This document shows, in pieces, positions 26,572 through 39,206 of a DNA stretch of 64,000 nucleotides. The translations under genes were made by a program, and so were the position numbers. The DNA is from Octopus vulgaris (Eukaryota), in the NCBI GenBank assembly GCA_951406725.2, contig OX597818.1:84816001-84880000 (forward strand). Reading direction: 5' to 3'. Every line of letters starts with the position of its first letter. The stretch's first letter is position 1. The notes under the pieces were generated by a model. That model saw only the letters and a program-made list of their open reading frames with translations. It was not told the DNA's origin and ran no database searches.

Positions 26572-26875
26572 TGTGAAGGCACATGGCCTAGTGGCTAGAG
26601 TACGTTGTTCAGTTCCTGACGACAACTTGTGTCTTCGTCCAAGACACTTTATTTCACGTGGCTCCAGTATACTTAGCTTGCAACAATGTGTTGCACCTGC
26701 ATTTCAAAGACCAGTCTTGCGACATTGTGTGTCACATTGAATCTCCTCGAGAACTACGTCTAGGGTACACGTGTCTGTGGAGTGCTCAGCCACTTGCATG
26801 TTAAGTTGAAGAGGAAACTGGTTCCGCTGACTGGATCAACTGGAACCCTCGTTGTCGTAACCGACAGTGTGCCAT
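26572..26875 (+). mobile_element. tRNA-derived SINE family C (related copies ~33294-33608; similar heads at ~25114 and ~45500)
   Basis: Head gaaggcacatggcctagtgg (A-box-like); body and tail ggatcaactggaaccctc..cgta..cgac shared with 33294-33608. Confidence 0.7.
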
Positions 26876-26887
26876 ACGTACATATAT

Positions 26888-26952
<65 letters not shown>

Positions 26953-26955
<3 letters not shown>

Positions 26956-27355
26956 TAAGTAATTAAGGGTTTAGCAACGATTCGCCTCACCACACACCGA
27001 ATTTAGAAATAGCAGTCAAAGAGTTTTGGCTATTCTTTCTACTTAAAAGGGAGATCCCAGTAAAACCACAGCACTTAAAAAGCAAACAACGCAGGCTCAT
27101 TTCTTTCTCTTTTGCCTGCGTTGTTTGCTTTTTAAGTGCTGTGGTTTTACTGGGATCTCCCTTTAAGTAGAAAGAATAGCCAAAACTCTTTGACTGCTAT
27201 TTCTAAATTCGGTGTGTGGTGAGGCAAATCGTTGCTAAACCCTTAATTATTTAGTATTACTTAAACATTCCTTGAATGGGGCTTTTACATGCCGAACTCT
27301 ACTTGGTGAAATTAATGATTATTCCAAATTAATTAATTTCACCCTTTATTATTGA
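26953..27355. mobile_element. Young fold-back PLE-type element in (TA)n (arms 26953-27096 / 27114-27256, right extension)
   Basis: ~143-bp near-identical inverted arms with a 17-bp spacer. Shares agaaatagcagtca and tttacatgccgaa.tctac with the 51393-52275 element. Confidence 0.85.
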
Positions 27356-27384
27356 TATATATATATATACATATATATATATAC

Positions 27385-27449
<65 letters not shown>

Positions 27450-27505
27450 AAAATAGTAATTTTCTTATATATTCACCCACGTGCTTTACCAAACAAACTT
27501 TCTTA

Positions 27506-27551
<46 letters not shown>

Positions 27552-27719
27552 TATAAATATATATGTGTGGATTATGTGTGTATGTATGTATGATTATGTA
27601 TGAGAGTTGTGTATATGTGTGAGGTGTGTGTGGTAAGTATATGTGTGCGCGGATGCGTGTATTTTTTCGTGTATGTGTGTATATGCACGTCTGTGTATGT
27701 ATGAGTGCGTGTATATAGA

Positions 27720-28172
27720 AATAAAATAAAATATGATAAAATAAGATTGATAATAAAAGTGGGTGAAGAGTACAAGATGTAAAAAGCTTTTTCAAAAATT
27801 AGCAGTTGCAAGATAAAAAAAATATAAGAAATAAAATAGCAAAAATTACAAGGATAAAATAGAAATTAATATGATTATAAAAAATGACACAATTAATGAG
27901 TTAAACAATTCGACAGAAAGAAAATGACAACAAAATGATTAAAAATCGAGATGGGGTAACAGTGTAAAAACGTAACTAGGTATAAGGGAGGAGAAAATAA
28001 GATGAACTAAAATAAAATAATAAAATGAAATAATAAGTTCCTTCTTTTAAGGAGTTTATAGAGACAGTCGTTAGGAGGAGGGAGTTGTGTCGAGTCCGAA
28101 AAGAATTTGTGTTTGTAGACTGAAAATGTAACGCTGTTCCAGGCGGAGTCGCGAGAGTGTGGATCCTATTCA
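27720..28172 (-). pseudogene. Possible 3' end of another Neptune-type PLE
   Basis: Minus strand LRLEQRYIFSLQTQILFGLD resembles the GIY-YIG C-terminal R..REQ..I..L.T..P.GLN; AT-rich tail. Confidence 0.4.
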
Positions 28173-28223
28173 TATACAGACACATACACTCACACACATA
28201 TACATAAGTACATATATATTTAC

Positions 28224-28272
<49 letters not shown>

Positions 28273-28302
28273 TATATATATGTATATATATATATATATA
28301 TA

Positions 28303-28633
28303 TCTTCTATATATATAAACGGCAGTTTGTCTGTCTGTGTGTCTGTGTGTCTGTCAGGTTGTACCCTCACCCTGACCACGGCTTTCAACCGATTCTGATG
28401 AAACTTGACACATACATAGCCCAGTGTCATAATTCAAAACTAACGCAGCGAAGATTTTGAAAATTTCCCCCAGTTCTGAAAGAAATCGATAAATTCGACA
28501 TGGGGTCGAGAATCGAAGCTTTTTATATGCATTTTTAATGCATTTTTTTGCTATTTTTTGGCTATAACTCTCTAAAAATGCTTATATAGTTATTTCTCTT
28601 ACAAACCCGAGCAACGCCGGGCGATACTGCTAG
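28303..28633 (+). mobile_element. Non-autonomous Helitron
   Basis: A|TC start, subterminal hairpin cccgagcaacgccggg, CTAG|T end; 5' ~200 bp shared with the 42984-45439 element. Confidence 0.88.
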
Positions 28634-28795
28634 TATATATATATATAAATATATACATATATGTATTCTTACATACAAACACGTAACCTGGTATACACAA
28701 ATACATAGAATGCACGCTTAACGTAAACAGCATACTTCTGCTTGTATAGTAATATACGCACACAAACACACAGACACGCACACAAAGTCACACAT

Positions 28796-28859
<64 letters not shown>

Positions 28860-29385
28860 ACACACACATAGATATAATCCTACAAAGACAGAACAATAAA
28901 AAACCTCATCTTACATCGATTCAGTTCGTCTCCACTTCCGCTGGTCAGGTGAGATACTTGAGAATTGTGTCAAATCTTTGAGATAAAGAATAGGTCAAAA
29001 GGTTATCGGGACTCTGCATGAAGTGCCGAAGTAGAATACGACTGAACTTTACGAGAATGTAAGTCTGTAATTCCATGGTAAGTTAAAATCTATCCAGTGC
29101 ATTCCACATCATATCATGTGTAGGCGTGTGTGTGTGTACATATATGTACTTACATATATATGAGTGCGAGTGTATGTGTGTATGTATGTATATATTTATA
29201 TACATATATGTGCGTGCGTGTATGTGTTTGTATGTCTGTTTTTTTATTATATAAGCTATATATATATAATATGGAAATAAGTATAAAGAGAGTGTGAATG
29301 CGAGAGACTAGTAGAGACACACAGACAGAGAGATACATACATACATACATACATACTTATACAAGCATACGTATACATATAAGTA

Positions 29386-31008
29386 CGTACTCTCTGTTTG
29401 TCTCTCTCTCTCTCTCATTTTTACTTGATCTGTCCCCCTCTCTCTCTTTTCTCTCTACTCATCCTCTTTTTCTCTTCTCTTTCCTCTGATTCTTTGGTCT
29501 AGTCTTCCACTACCCTCCTATTTCTTTGTCTCGCTCTGCACTCACAGGTCATTCTTCGACACCCATCCCTTCTCCTCTCTGATTCCTTCTTTCTCTCTCT
29601 TCTCTCTCTTTGTTGCGTTTGTCCCTCCCTCTCTCTCTCTCTTCCTTTGCTTCTCTTTCTTTTCTTTTCCCTCTTCTCTGTCACGTGACTGTTGGCCGAA
29701 ATCTGCCTTTCAGCCTCTGACCCTCGTTCTGTTAACATCGCTGTTTTCGTCCGCCACTATAAAGGCTTTTTCCATTGCGCCAGAGAAAAAATTTGTTTGC
29801 TTGTTATCAGTCGTAAGACACTGTTGTTTTCACCGTTAATGCTTCTGTATTTCATGTTTCTGTATTCCATTATTGTTTTTTGTTTTTTTATATCTGTCCC
29901 TTTTGCTGTCCTGGTGTTCGTATGCATTCGATCCTTCTTCCAGGAAATCTACGCTTCCAGCTTAGTTTTTCTAATGCTCGTTGCTTGGTTTTTCTTGGAG
30001 GGCTGGCCGTGATCTAGTAATCTCAAGATTAATCAGCCGAAATTACTACGATGATCCGGTTCTTGACTGAAGACTGAGGGTTTCGAATGTCCTGTCCGTG
30101 TTTATTGTGTCGTCTTCTAAGAGTTATACGGTCTTGTCCATGTTGTATTTTTCTACATACCTTAACATATATTCCAGGCGCCCCGTACCCCCCTTAACAT
30201 TTATGTGAGCACATATTCTTAATAATTGGTACGACTCTCTGTTTGTCTCTCTCTCTCTCTCATTTTTACTTGATCTGTCCCCCTCTCTCTCTTTTCTCTC
30301 TACTCATCCTCTTTTTCTCTTCTCTTTCCTCTGATTCTTTGGTCTAGTCTTCCACTACCCTCCTATTTCTTTGTCTCGCTCTGCACTCACAGGTCATTCT
30401 TCGACACCCATCCCTTCTCCTCTCTGATTCCTTCTTTCTCTCTCTTCTCTCTCTTTGTTGCGTTTGTCCCTCCTCTCTCTCTCTCTTCCTTTGCTTCTCT
30501 TTCTTTTCTTTTCCCTCTTCTCTGTCACGTGACTGTTGGCCGAAATCTGCCTTTCAGCCTCTGACCCTCGTTCTGTTAACATCGCTGTTTTCGTCCGCCA
30601 CTATAAAGGCTTTTTCCATTGCGCCAGAGAAAAAATTTGTTTGCTTGTTATCAGTCGTAAGACACTGTTGTTTTCACCGTTAATGCTTCTGTATTTCATG
30701 TTTCTGTATTCCATTATTGTTTTTTGTTTTTTTATATCTGTCCCTTTTGCTGTCCTGGTGTTCGTATGCATTCGATCCTTCTTCCAGGAAATCTACGCTT
30801 CCAGCTTAGTTTTTCTAATGCTCGTTGCTTGGTTTTTCTTGGAGGGCTGGCCGTGATCTAGTAATCTCAAGATTAATCAGCCGAAATTACTACGATGATC
30901 CGGTTCTTGACTGAAGACTGAGGGTTTCGAATGTCCTGTCCGTGTTTATTGTGTCGTCTTCTAAGAGTTATACGGTCTTGTCCATGTTGTATTTTTCTAC
31001 ATACCTTA
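29386..31008 (+). repeat. 844-bp unit in ~1.9 tandem copies, ending in (TA)n; same 3' end recurs at 40027-40101
   Basis: 29390-30164 is almost identical to 30235-31008, with a ~65-bp linker; no credible ORF. Confidence 0.9.
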
Positions 31009-31041
<33 letters not shown>

Positions 31042-31891
31042 CATACATGCATATTGTATATGTGTGTATATATGAGTATACATATGTACAAACATACTCT
31101 GATATAAGCACACAAACACATTCCTATATATGTATATACGTCTGTATGTATGTGTGTGCATTCGTGTGTGTGCAAGTGTGTGTGTGTATGTATTTGCGTG
31201 TATGATTTTAATCTTTCCTATTTTACTTATATCATTGCACTTCGATCGTGCTAGCGCAACACCTTCCAGGGTTTTAAATAATAATCATAAAAATTCCAAG
31301 ATCTCTTATTGTAGGCAGCAAGTGAATAGTTCACTAAATTTTAATCCTAACAACTTTACTAATGAATAGAAACTTTCAATGATTTTAAACAATCATGATT
31401 TATCCGTACAACCGCTTATATCTATACGCGTGTTTAGCTACATGTACATATGTATTTTTGTGTAAAGATCCATATATTAATATTTGCAAATGTGTGAATA
31501 GGTAGGTAGGTAGGTAGGTAGGTAGGTAGGTAGGTAGGTAGGTAGGTAAGGTAAAAGCAGCTGTAAGAGACTCTGTTTATATTCTCTAAATTAAATGTGT
31601 TTTTCGAGTTATGTCAAATGTATTGCTTTTTCATTTTCAGTTTTAATTTATATCCATCCGCTCAAAGCGAAACCACTTCTAGCCGCCTACGATAGGCAGT
31701 CTCAACACCACATTTTTCAGTTGTAGTTCAATTCGGAGTTTCACTAATTACAATTACTTTATGGCAGTTGACGAAAGCTCCTTGTACATTCATAGATACA
31801 TACGTATGTGTGTATGTATATGTATATATATATATATATACGTATGTATGTATAAATATGTACGCAAGATATATATCTCTAGTATGTACAT

Positions 31892-31962
<71 letters not shown>

Positions 31963-32551
31963 TCAATATACATACTTATGTAAGTGTAAGTAAATATATA
32001 CGTATGTATACATGTGTCTGTATCTGGGTGTATGCGTTAATGAATGTATATGTGCATATGTATATCTATTTCTATATTTCTATAATTATACTTGTAATTA
32101 TACAGCAATGAATAACTATCTTTGTATCAAGTTGTTATATAAAAACTAGATTGAACTTGTAGACAAAACATTACATTATTAATTAATTACTGTCTGTATT
32201 AATAATAAATTTAGCAATTAAACATTTGTAATTATAATCTGTTTATACTAATGAGAATCAGAAGCGTATATATATTTTATCTCTCTCTTTTATTTGTTTC
32301 AGACAATGAACTACGACCATGCTGGGGCACTGCATTGGCGTCTATTAGTCGAACAAATTGACACCGGTATTTATTTTTATGTCTGGTATTTATTTTAGCG
32401 ATCTCTTTCGCGAAACTGCTAATTTGCGAGGACGTAAAGAAAAAGATACCTGTTGGCGACCGCTGGGTTGGGATGACAAACACAGGCACAAAGTCACACA
32501 TATACATACATATATGTGTGTGTGTGTCTATCTGTGTGTGTGTGTGTTTGT

Positions 32552-32679
32552 AGGAGTGGCTGTGTGGTAAGTAGCTTGCTTACGAACCAAATGGCACCTT
32601 GGGTGTCTTCTACTATAGCTTCGGGCCGACCAAAGCCTTGTGAGTGGATTTGGTAGACGGAAACTGAAAGAAGCCTGTC

Positions 32680-32742
<63 letters not shown>

Positions 32743-32968
32743 TGAGTGTGTGTATATGTTTGTGTGTCTGTATTTGTCCCCTAACATCGCTTGACAACCG
32801 ATGCTTGTGTGCTTACGTCCTCGTAACTTAGCGGTTCGGCAAAAGATCCCCGATAGAATAAGTAATAGGCTTACAAAGAATAAGTCCCGGGGTCGATTTG
32901 CTAGACTAAAGGCAATGTTCCAGTATGGCCGCAGTCAAATGACTGAAACAAATAAAAGAGTAAAAGAG
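32552..32968 (+). mobile_element. tRNA-derived SINE family B with internal microsatellite
   Basis: Head ggagtggctgtgtggtaag, body ..gacggaaactgaaagaagcc, (TA)n, tail ..gactgaaacaaataaaag. Many partial copies (~11570, 14045, 14808, 18435, 19935, 22265, 23015, 32280, 36290, 41780, 42335, 48640, 53310). Confidence 0.85.
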
Positions 32969-34065
32969 TGTCAATGTATGCATGTATGCATGTATGATTA
33001 TATATATATATATATATATATATATGACTAGTTTCAACACAGTGTGCGTCAACCAAATTCACTCGCAAGCTTTTGTCATCCTGAGTTTATAATAGAAGGT
33101 AGTTGCCCACAGTGGTGCGTAGTGGAACTGAACGTGAAATTATAGCACCTCTCGATGAAGCCTCTCTCACGTTGACACCTTTCTATTTTTAGACGCTCCT
33201 TTTTCCTCTAAATTCTCAGTTATTTTGTTCTTGTAATCTTTCTGCTTTCCCGTGTGATTTACGCATATTTTTCAATTGTTAAATATAAATACGTAAAGGC
33301 ACGTGGGTTAGTATTCGGCCTACGTTGGTAGAGTCCTGAGCTCAATTCTCGGCGACGCGTTGTGTCCTTGTGCAAAACACTTTATTTCACAATGCCCAAG
33401 TCCACTCAGCTGGCGAAAATGAGTAGTGCTTGTATTTCAAAGGGTCGACCATGTCATACTTTGCATCACGCTGAGTCTCTCTGATAACCACGTTAAGGGT
33501 ACAGGTGTTTTTTGAAGTGCTCAACCATTTGCACGTTAATTCCACGAGCCGGCTGTTCCGTTGATTGGATCAACTGGAACCCTCATCGTCGTAGGCGACG
33601 GAGTACCATTGAGAAAATATAAACTTATCAATAATAATCCTTTCTGCTATAGGCACAAGGACTGAAATTGGGGGGGGGGGGGATAGTCGATTACATCGAC
33701 TCATGTACACAACTGGTACTTATTTTATCAACCCCGAAAGGATGAAAGGCAAAGTCGATCTCGGCGAAATTTGAAATCAGAACATGAAGATAAACAAATA
33801 CCGCGAAGCATTTTGCCTGGCGTACTAATGTTTGTTTTATGTCAACTTAAATAGAAATATTTCACATTGAATTGAAAGATCACTCGATATTTTTTCGTAG
33901 CATGCATATGTATTTACATTTACCAGAAAAATGTTGTTATTAAATTTGAAGTTTCGGGTAATTCTCCTTCATTAGACAATCAGATGAAGGTGAAGAAACC
34001 GAAACTTCGAAGTCCCTGTGAACCTTTTCTTTGTAATACATACATACATGCCTATACGTACACAC

Positions 34066-34102
<37 letters not shown>

Positions 34103-34104
34103 CA

Positions 34105-34139
<35 letters not shown>

Positions 34140-34167
34140 TTATACACACACATACATATACACACAC

Positions 34168-34209
<42 letters not shown>

Positions 34210-34215
<6 letters not shown>

Positions 34216-34845
34216 TAGCGCATAAAAAATTATACACGGAAAGAAGACTACCATGTGGGCTCCTTACATGCTAGAAAGGGCAGTCAAAACCCAAGCCACG
34301 AAAACGTCATTCCTACTTATTGCGCGTTGCTTGTAAGCGAGCAGGACACTTGAATGAATAAAAATCTCATTTAACACTATACCCATGAGTTTCACCATTA
34401 ATGGTCAACTAAATGAATTAATTAGTCGATTAATTGATTAATTAACCATTTGTGGCTCGTCAGTAGAGTCGATGGAAAATCCATAATTATGAAACCATAA
34501 TACGCAACGAAAACATAAAGTAAACACGTGCGCATTTAGTTCGGTCTTTATAAGTCATGAATTCAAATCGAATGCCCTCAACCAACGAGCAGACTCAGAG
34601 TAGAACAGTGAATAAGTTCAACCATATATTATCTGGCCGAAGAATTTAAATATTTAACTATATAAGTACCGGGGGAAAATTATTAAATTAATAATTTTCT
34701 ACCAGTGGTTTGCATGCGTAATAAAAGTCATAAGACATAAGTATTTTTACAATATAATATTGTATAAGAATTTATACCCAGAGTGAAGACCACCATGTGG
34801 GCTCCTTTCATGCAAGTGAAGGCAATCAAAATCCAAACCACGCAT
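34210..34845 (-). mobile_element. Non-coding partial-tandem element (period ~542) with one hammerhead
   Basis: gaagac.accatgtgggctcctt.catgc..aa.ggca.tcaaaa.ccaa.ccacg at ~34243 and ~34785; starts at (TA)n. Confidence 0.7.
34373..34470 (-). ncRNA. Type I hammerhead motif with long stem II
   Basis: Minus strand: gactcta CTGACGA gcca..aatggttaattaa..ttagttgaccatt..tggt GAAA ctcatggg TA tagtgtt. Confidence 0.8.
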
Positions 34846-34864
34846 GCTAATCACCGATATAAAC

Positions 34865-35843
34865 TATTCTTTCCTACTCTAGGCACAAGACATGAAATTT
34901 GGGCTGGGGCCAGTCGATTAGATCGACCCGCAGTACGCAACTGGCACTAAATTTAACGACCCCGTAAGGATGAAAGGCAAAGTCGACCTCAGTGGGATTT
35001 GAAACAGACGAAATGCCTATTTCTTTACTGCCCACAAGGGGCTACAAACAGAGGGGACAAACAAGGACAGACAAACGGATTGAGTCGGTTATATCGACCC
35101 CAGTGCGTAACTGGTACTTATTTAATCGACCCCGAAAGGATGAAAGGCAAAGTCGATCTCGGCGGAATTTGAACTCAGAAACGTAGAGGTAGGCGAAATA
35201 CTTATTTCTTTACTACCCACAAGGGGATAAACAGAGAGGAGACAAACAAGGACAGACAAACGGATTAAGTCAATTACATCGACCCTAGTGCGTAACTGGT
35301 ACTTAATTTATCGACCTCGGCGGAATTTGAACCCAGAACGTAACGGCAGACGAAATACGACTACGCATTTCGCCCAGCGTGCTTAACGTTTCTGCCAGCT
35401 CGCCGCCTTTTACGACAGACGAAATACCTATTTCTTTACTGCCCACAAAGGGCTACACACAGAGGGGGCAAACAAGGACAGACAAACTGATTAAGTCGAT
35501 TATATGGAGCCCAGTGCGTAACTAGTACTTATTTAATCGACCCCGAAACGATGAAAAGCAAAGTTGACCTCGACGGAATTTGACTCAGAACGTAGCGGCA
35601 GACGAAATACCTGTTTCTTTACTACCACAAGGGGCTAAACACAAAGGAGACAAACAAGGACAGACAGACGGATTAAGTGGATTATATCGCCCCCAGTGCA
35701 TAACTGATACTTATTTATCGACCCCGAAACGATGAAAGGTAAAGTCGACCTCGGCGGAATTTGAACTCAGAAACGTAACGGGAGACGAAATGCGGCCACG
35801 CATTTCGCCCGGCGTGCTAACGTTCCTGCCAGCTCGCCGCCTT
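34865..35843 (-). mobile_element. Nested head-to-tail array of four Tx1-tailed SINE-A variants plus a host SINE-A tail
   Basis: Four junctions ..gtaaagaaa(t/c)a|ggtatttcgtctg (minus strand, some diverged) at ~35017, 35202, 35428 and 35611. Confidence 0.85.
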
Positions 35844-36082
35844 ACTGATGTAAATCATTAATTTAATAATATATATATATTTTATATATATATACATATG
35901 AGCCTAATGTAGGGTAAAATTTTTTTCGGGAAAAAAAAAAAAAAAGTTCGAATCACACATGTCGCGAGATGTGCCGAAGATTTTTCTATTTTGGATATAT
36001 TTGGGGTACTTGGTTTTGCGCGGGACTTAGTGCTTGCTTTTTCCATGGGTATGAGTAGGTATTTCATTTATATCTCGCGTAT

Positions 36083-36144
36083 TTGCCGCTGGAGAGGGGA
36101 AATTTTCTTACGAATTAACCCCCGAAATTGGTCCAATTCGGTAA
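36083..36144 (+). ncRNA. Hammerhead motif, homolog of 21853-21913 (core A6G; element ~35898-36275)
   Basis: ttgccg CTGGAGA gggg...cccc GAAA ttgg t ccaa TT cggtaa. Confidence 0.7.
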
Positions 36145-36593
36145 TAACGAATTTTTTAGAGATTTCCATCGGTTTGTTTCGAGACGCATAAAAATTATGG
36201 TTTATTGACGATTATTGTCTTTTTCGGCATATTTGGCCAGAGAATTTTTCTTTTGCCCTTATCTTGTAAATTATATATATATTAGAGCGGTATCTTCTAC
36301 AATAGCCTCTGATCGACTAAAACCTTCTGGATGCATTTAGTATACAAAAAGGAAAAGAAACCTGTTGTATATACGTACGTTTATGTGTGTATGTGTTTTT
36401 GTGTTTGTTCCCCACCACCTCTTGACCATCAGTGTTGATATATTTACGTCCCCGTAACCTAGTTGTTCGGTAAAAGACACCGACTGAATAAGAACCATAC
36501 TTTCAAAATTTAAGTAATGGGGTGGATTAGTTCAACTAAAAATTCTTCAAGACGGTGCTCCGGCATCGTTTTTGTCTAATGACTGAAACAGAC

Positions 36594-36670
<77 letters not shown>

Positions 36671-38365
36671 TGTTTCTTTATTAGCCACACAGGGCTGCAC
36701 ACAGATAGAACAAATTACAAGGTAGAGCTTTTCTTTTGAAGGGTTAGAAAAAAAAAAAAAAAAAAAAAGGAAGGGGGGAGTTTCGATCAAAAGGGATCGT
36801 AAAAGGAGAGAAAGAGGACAAAAAACGGGGGGGTTAAAAAAAGGGGGGAGGAAAAAAATTGATCAATAGGGATCGTTATCACAGAAATGTCAATATGAAG
36901 TGTAAAGGGGAGGACAGGTGAGGTTTACCCGTGGAAAGAAAAGCCTACGGAAAAGACCACGGTAACCTCGGTCAATGAAGTCACATTTTATATTTCTTTT
37001 TTTTTTTTTTTTTTTTTTTGCAAATAAGCAACTCTCTGTTTTCGATTTCTGGGTTCATAGGACTATGCTCAAGGTGGCTTCGTCATTCATACGTGCCATT
37101 CTTGCTACATTCACCCATCTTTTTTTAAAACATTCGCTAGACAAAACTTGCCTCTCTACTCTCACTTTCCTTTTCAAGTGGTACTTGAAGAAGTTGATGA
37201 GAGATTGACCAGAGAGGAAAGTGTTTGTCTCCAATCCTTTCAGACGCGTCCACCAGATACATTCTTTCGCCATAGCCACAAGGATGATGAAAATAGCTCT
37301 TCCTTCCCGTTTGAAGGAAGGAGGCGTGACAATATTGACGATAGACTCAGCTGATAAACCGACTCGTCCCACACGTGACAGCAGTTGTTCGACACAAGCC
37401 CACAGGTCGGAAATTGTTGGACACTGAACGAGTGCGTGCAGAACGGTTTCGTCGCTCTGACCGCATCTCGGGCAGGTCGGCCCCGTGTTTCTCGAGCCGT
37501 GTCTGTAGAGCTTATCCCGAACGGGTAGCGCTTCTCGGTAGCACTGCCAGGCCAGGGATCTCTGGAAGTTGTCCATGGGCCCTGGCCCGAAAGTCGTCCT
37601 GAACAGGCGGGTCAGGTACTCCTCGTCGACGTCCAGGTTCGCCCCGAGCTCGTCGTCGTACCTCCCCTCCACTAAACCCCTATAGAATGCTTTGGTTGTG
37701 TTGAAGTCACTTAAGGTCGACCCAGGACGGCAGAGTTGCTTGAGAGCAACGCGACACTCGCGGTGCCATTCGCCCTTCCTCGGCCTCTTTTTGATCCACG
37801 ACTGCAGTTCGGTCATGGAGACGAGCTGCGGGAAAGCGTGCCTCACAAACGGCGACCACACCTGTTCACCGTCGTCTACATAGAGCCAGAGATGTCGCAG
37901 TCTCAGCGCGTGTCTGCGCATCATCAACCACGGCATGCCCAGCCCTCCTTTTAACGGGTGTTGACAGCAAATGGATCGCCTGACCATCGGGACGCATCCT
38001 TTCCACAAAAAGCGAAAGAGGATGCGTTGTAGTTTGGTGATGGTAGGGTCGGGACAAGGTACGACGGTCAGGCGGTAGTAGATGACGGACGCGATGTACG
38101 TGTTCGCCACCTCCGCTCGACCTTTTAGGGACAGTTTCCTCTCGGCCCATTGCCGGGCGAGAGTGACCACCCTACTCGTTATCTCGTTCCAGTTCTTCTC
38201 CACTTGGAGGTCCGGACCAAACCAGACCCCGAGCAACTCAACCGGGCCGTCGGTCCAGCGTCCCACAACGGAGGCGCTAGTGGACGGCATGGGCTTGCTT
38301 CTCCAGGTGCCTAGTCGCAAGCCCACTGACTTTTCCCGGTTGATTTTCGCTCCTGTCACCGCTTC

Positions 38366-38366
<1 letters not shown>
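36671..38366 (-). mobile_element. 5'-truncated young Tx1-clade (L1 group) LINE inserted in (GATA)n
   Basis: Uninterrupted ORF 38365-37055: GAKINREKS, LLGVWFG, LSLKGRA, KGGLGMP, CPRCGQSDETVLHALVQC zinc knuckle. 3' UTR ends aataaagaaac; (ATAG)n on both sides. Confidence 0.92.
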
Positions 38367-38402
<36 letters not shown>

Positions 38403-38447
38403 CAGGCAGATAGATAGACAGGCAGATAGACAGACAGACAGACAGAC

Positions 38448-38521
<74 letters not shown>

Positions 38522-39150
38522 AACTGGCATCTTTACAGTTTCAATCTACGAAACTGGCCTACAAGGCATTATTGGTATGCAGCAGGACGGAACCGGAACC
38601 ACATGGTCGTGGGGGGCCAAGCTTCTTGAGCCCCATGAAAGATATTAGCTTACTTACATACATTCAGTAGACGAGTTCAATACTGAATGCAAGTCCTCTC
38701 CTCGAGAATATTTCTCTCTATTTTTAACACCACCGAAAAGATCCATGATGGCCCATGTATCCTAATTAATGGGAAGTATTATATAAGCGACATTATATTA
38801 CCCATCATGCTTTGGAGAGCCTTTCTTTGGATAAAATCACTTAAAAGCCTGTCACACTTCGTTAGTGAACCTTGAGTGGCAAAATTATCATAATGTCTAT
38901 ATAAGTGTTATTACATCCCTGTCCCGCGGACATTTTTCTCTAAGTGAAAAGGCAAACTACGTTGCTTCCTATTATTAACCAATCAAATGATTTTAATTTT
39001 GTGTTTGTTTATGTTGCTGTTGCTGTTACCGTATTCCTCTGTATTCTTTTTTGCTTTTGCCTTAAGTTGTTGTTGACGGTATCGTTCCTTATTTACTTTC
39101 ATTTTTGCAGCAGTCATTCACACACAAATAACACATACATGCACGCACAT

Positions 39151-39206
<56 letters not shown>

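Noticed and set aside
28880-29085. Unique island ending ATG|gtaagt, a possible exon
   Set aside because: Stops in all plus frames and only a donor-like motif as support.
30015-30100. Hammerhead in the 844-bp unit (GAAA..TC..CTGAAGA)
   Set aside because: Stems I and II cannot be closed properly in any topology.
34865-35843. CRISPR-like repeat-spacer array
   Set aside because: The units are whole SINE bodies with no unique spacers, the context is eukaryotic, and there are no cas genes.
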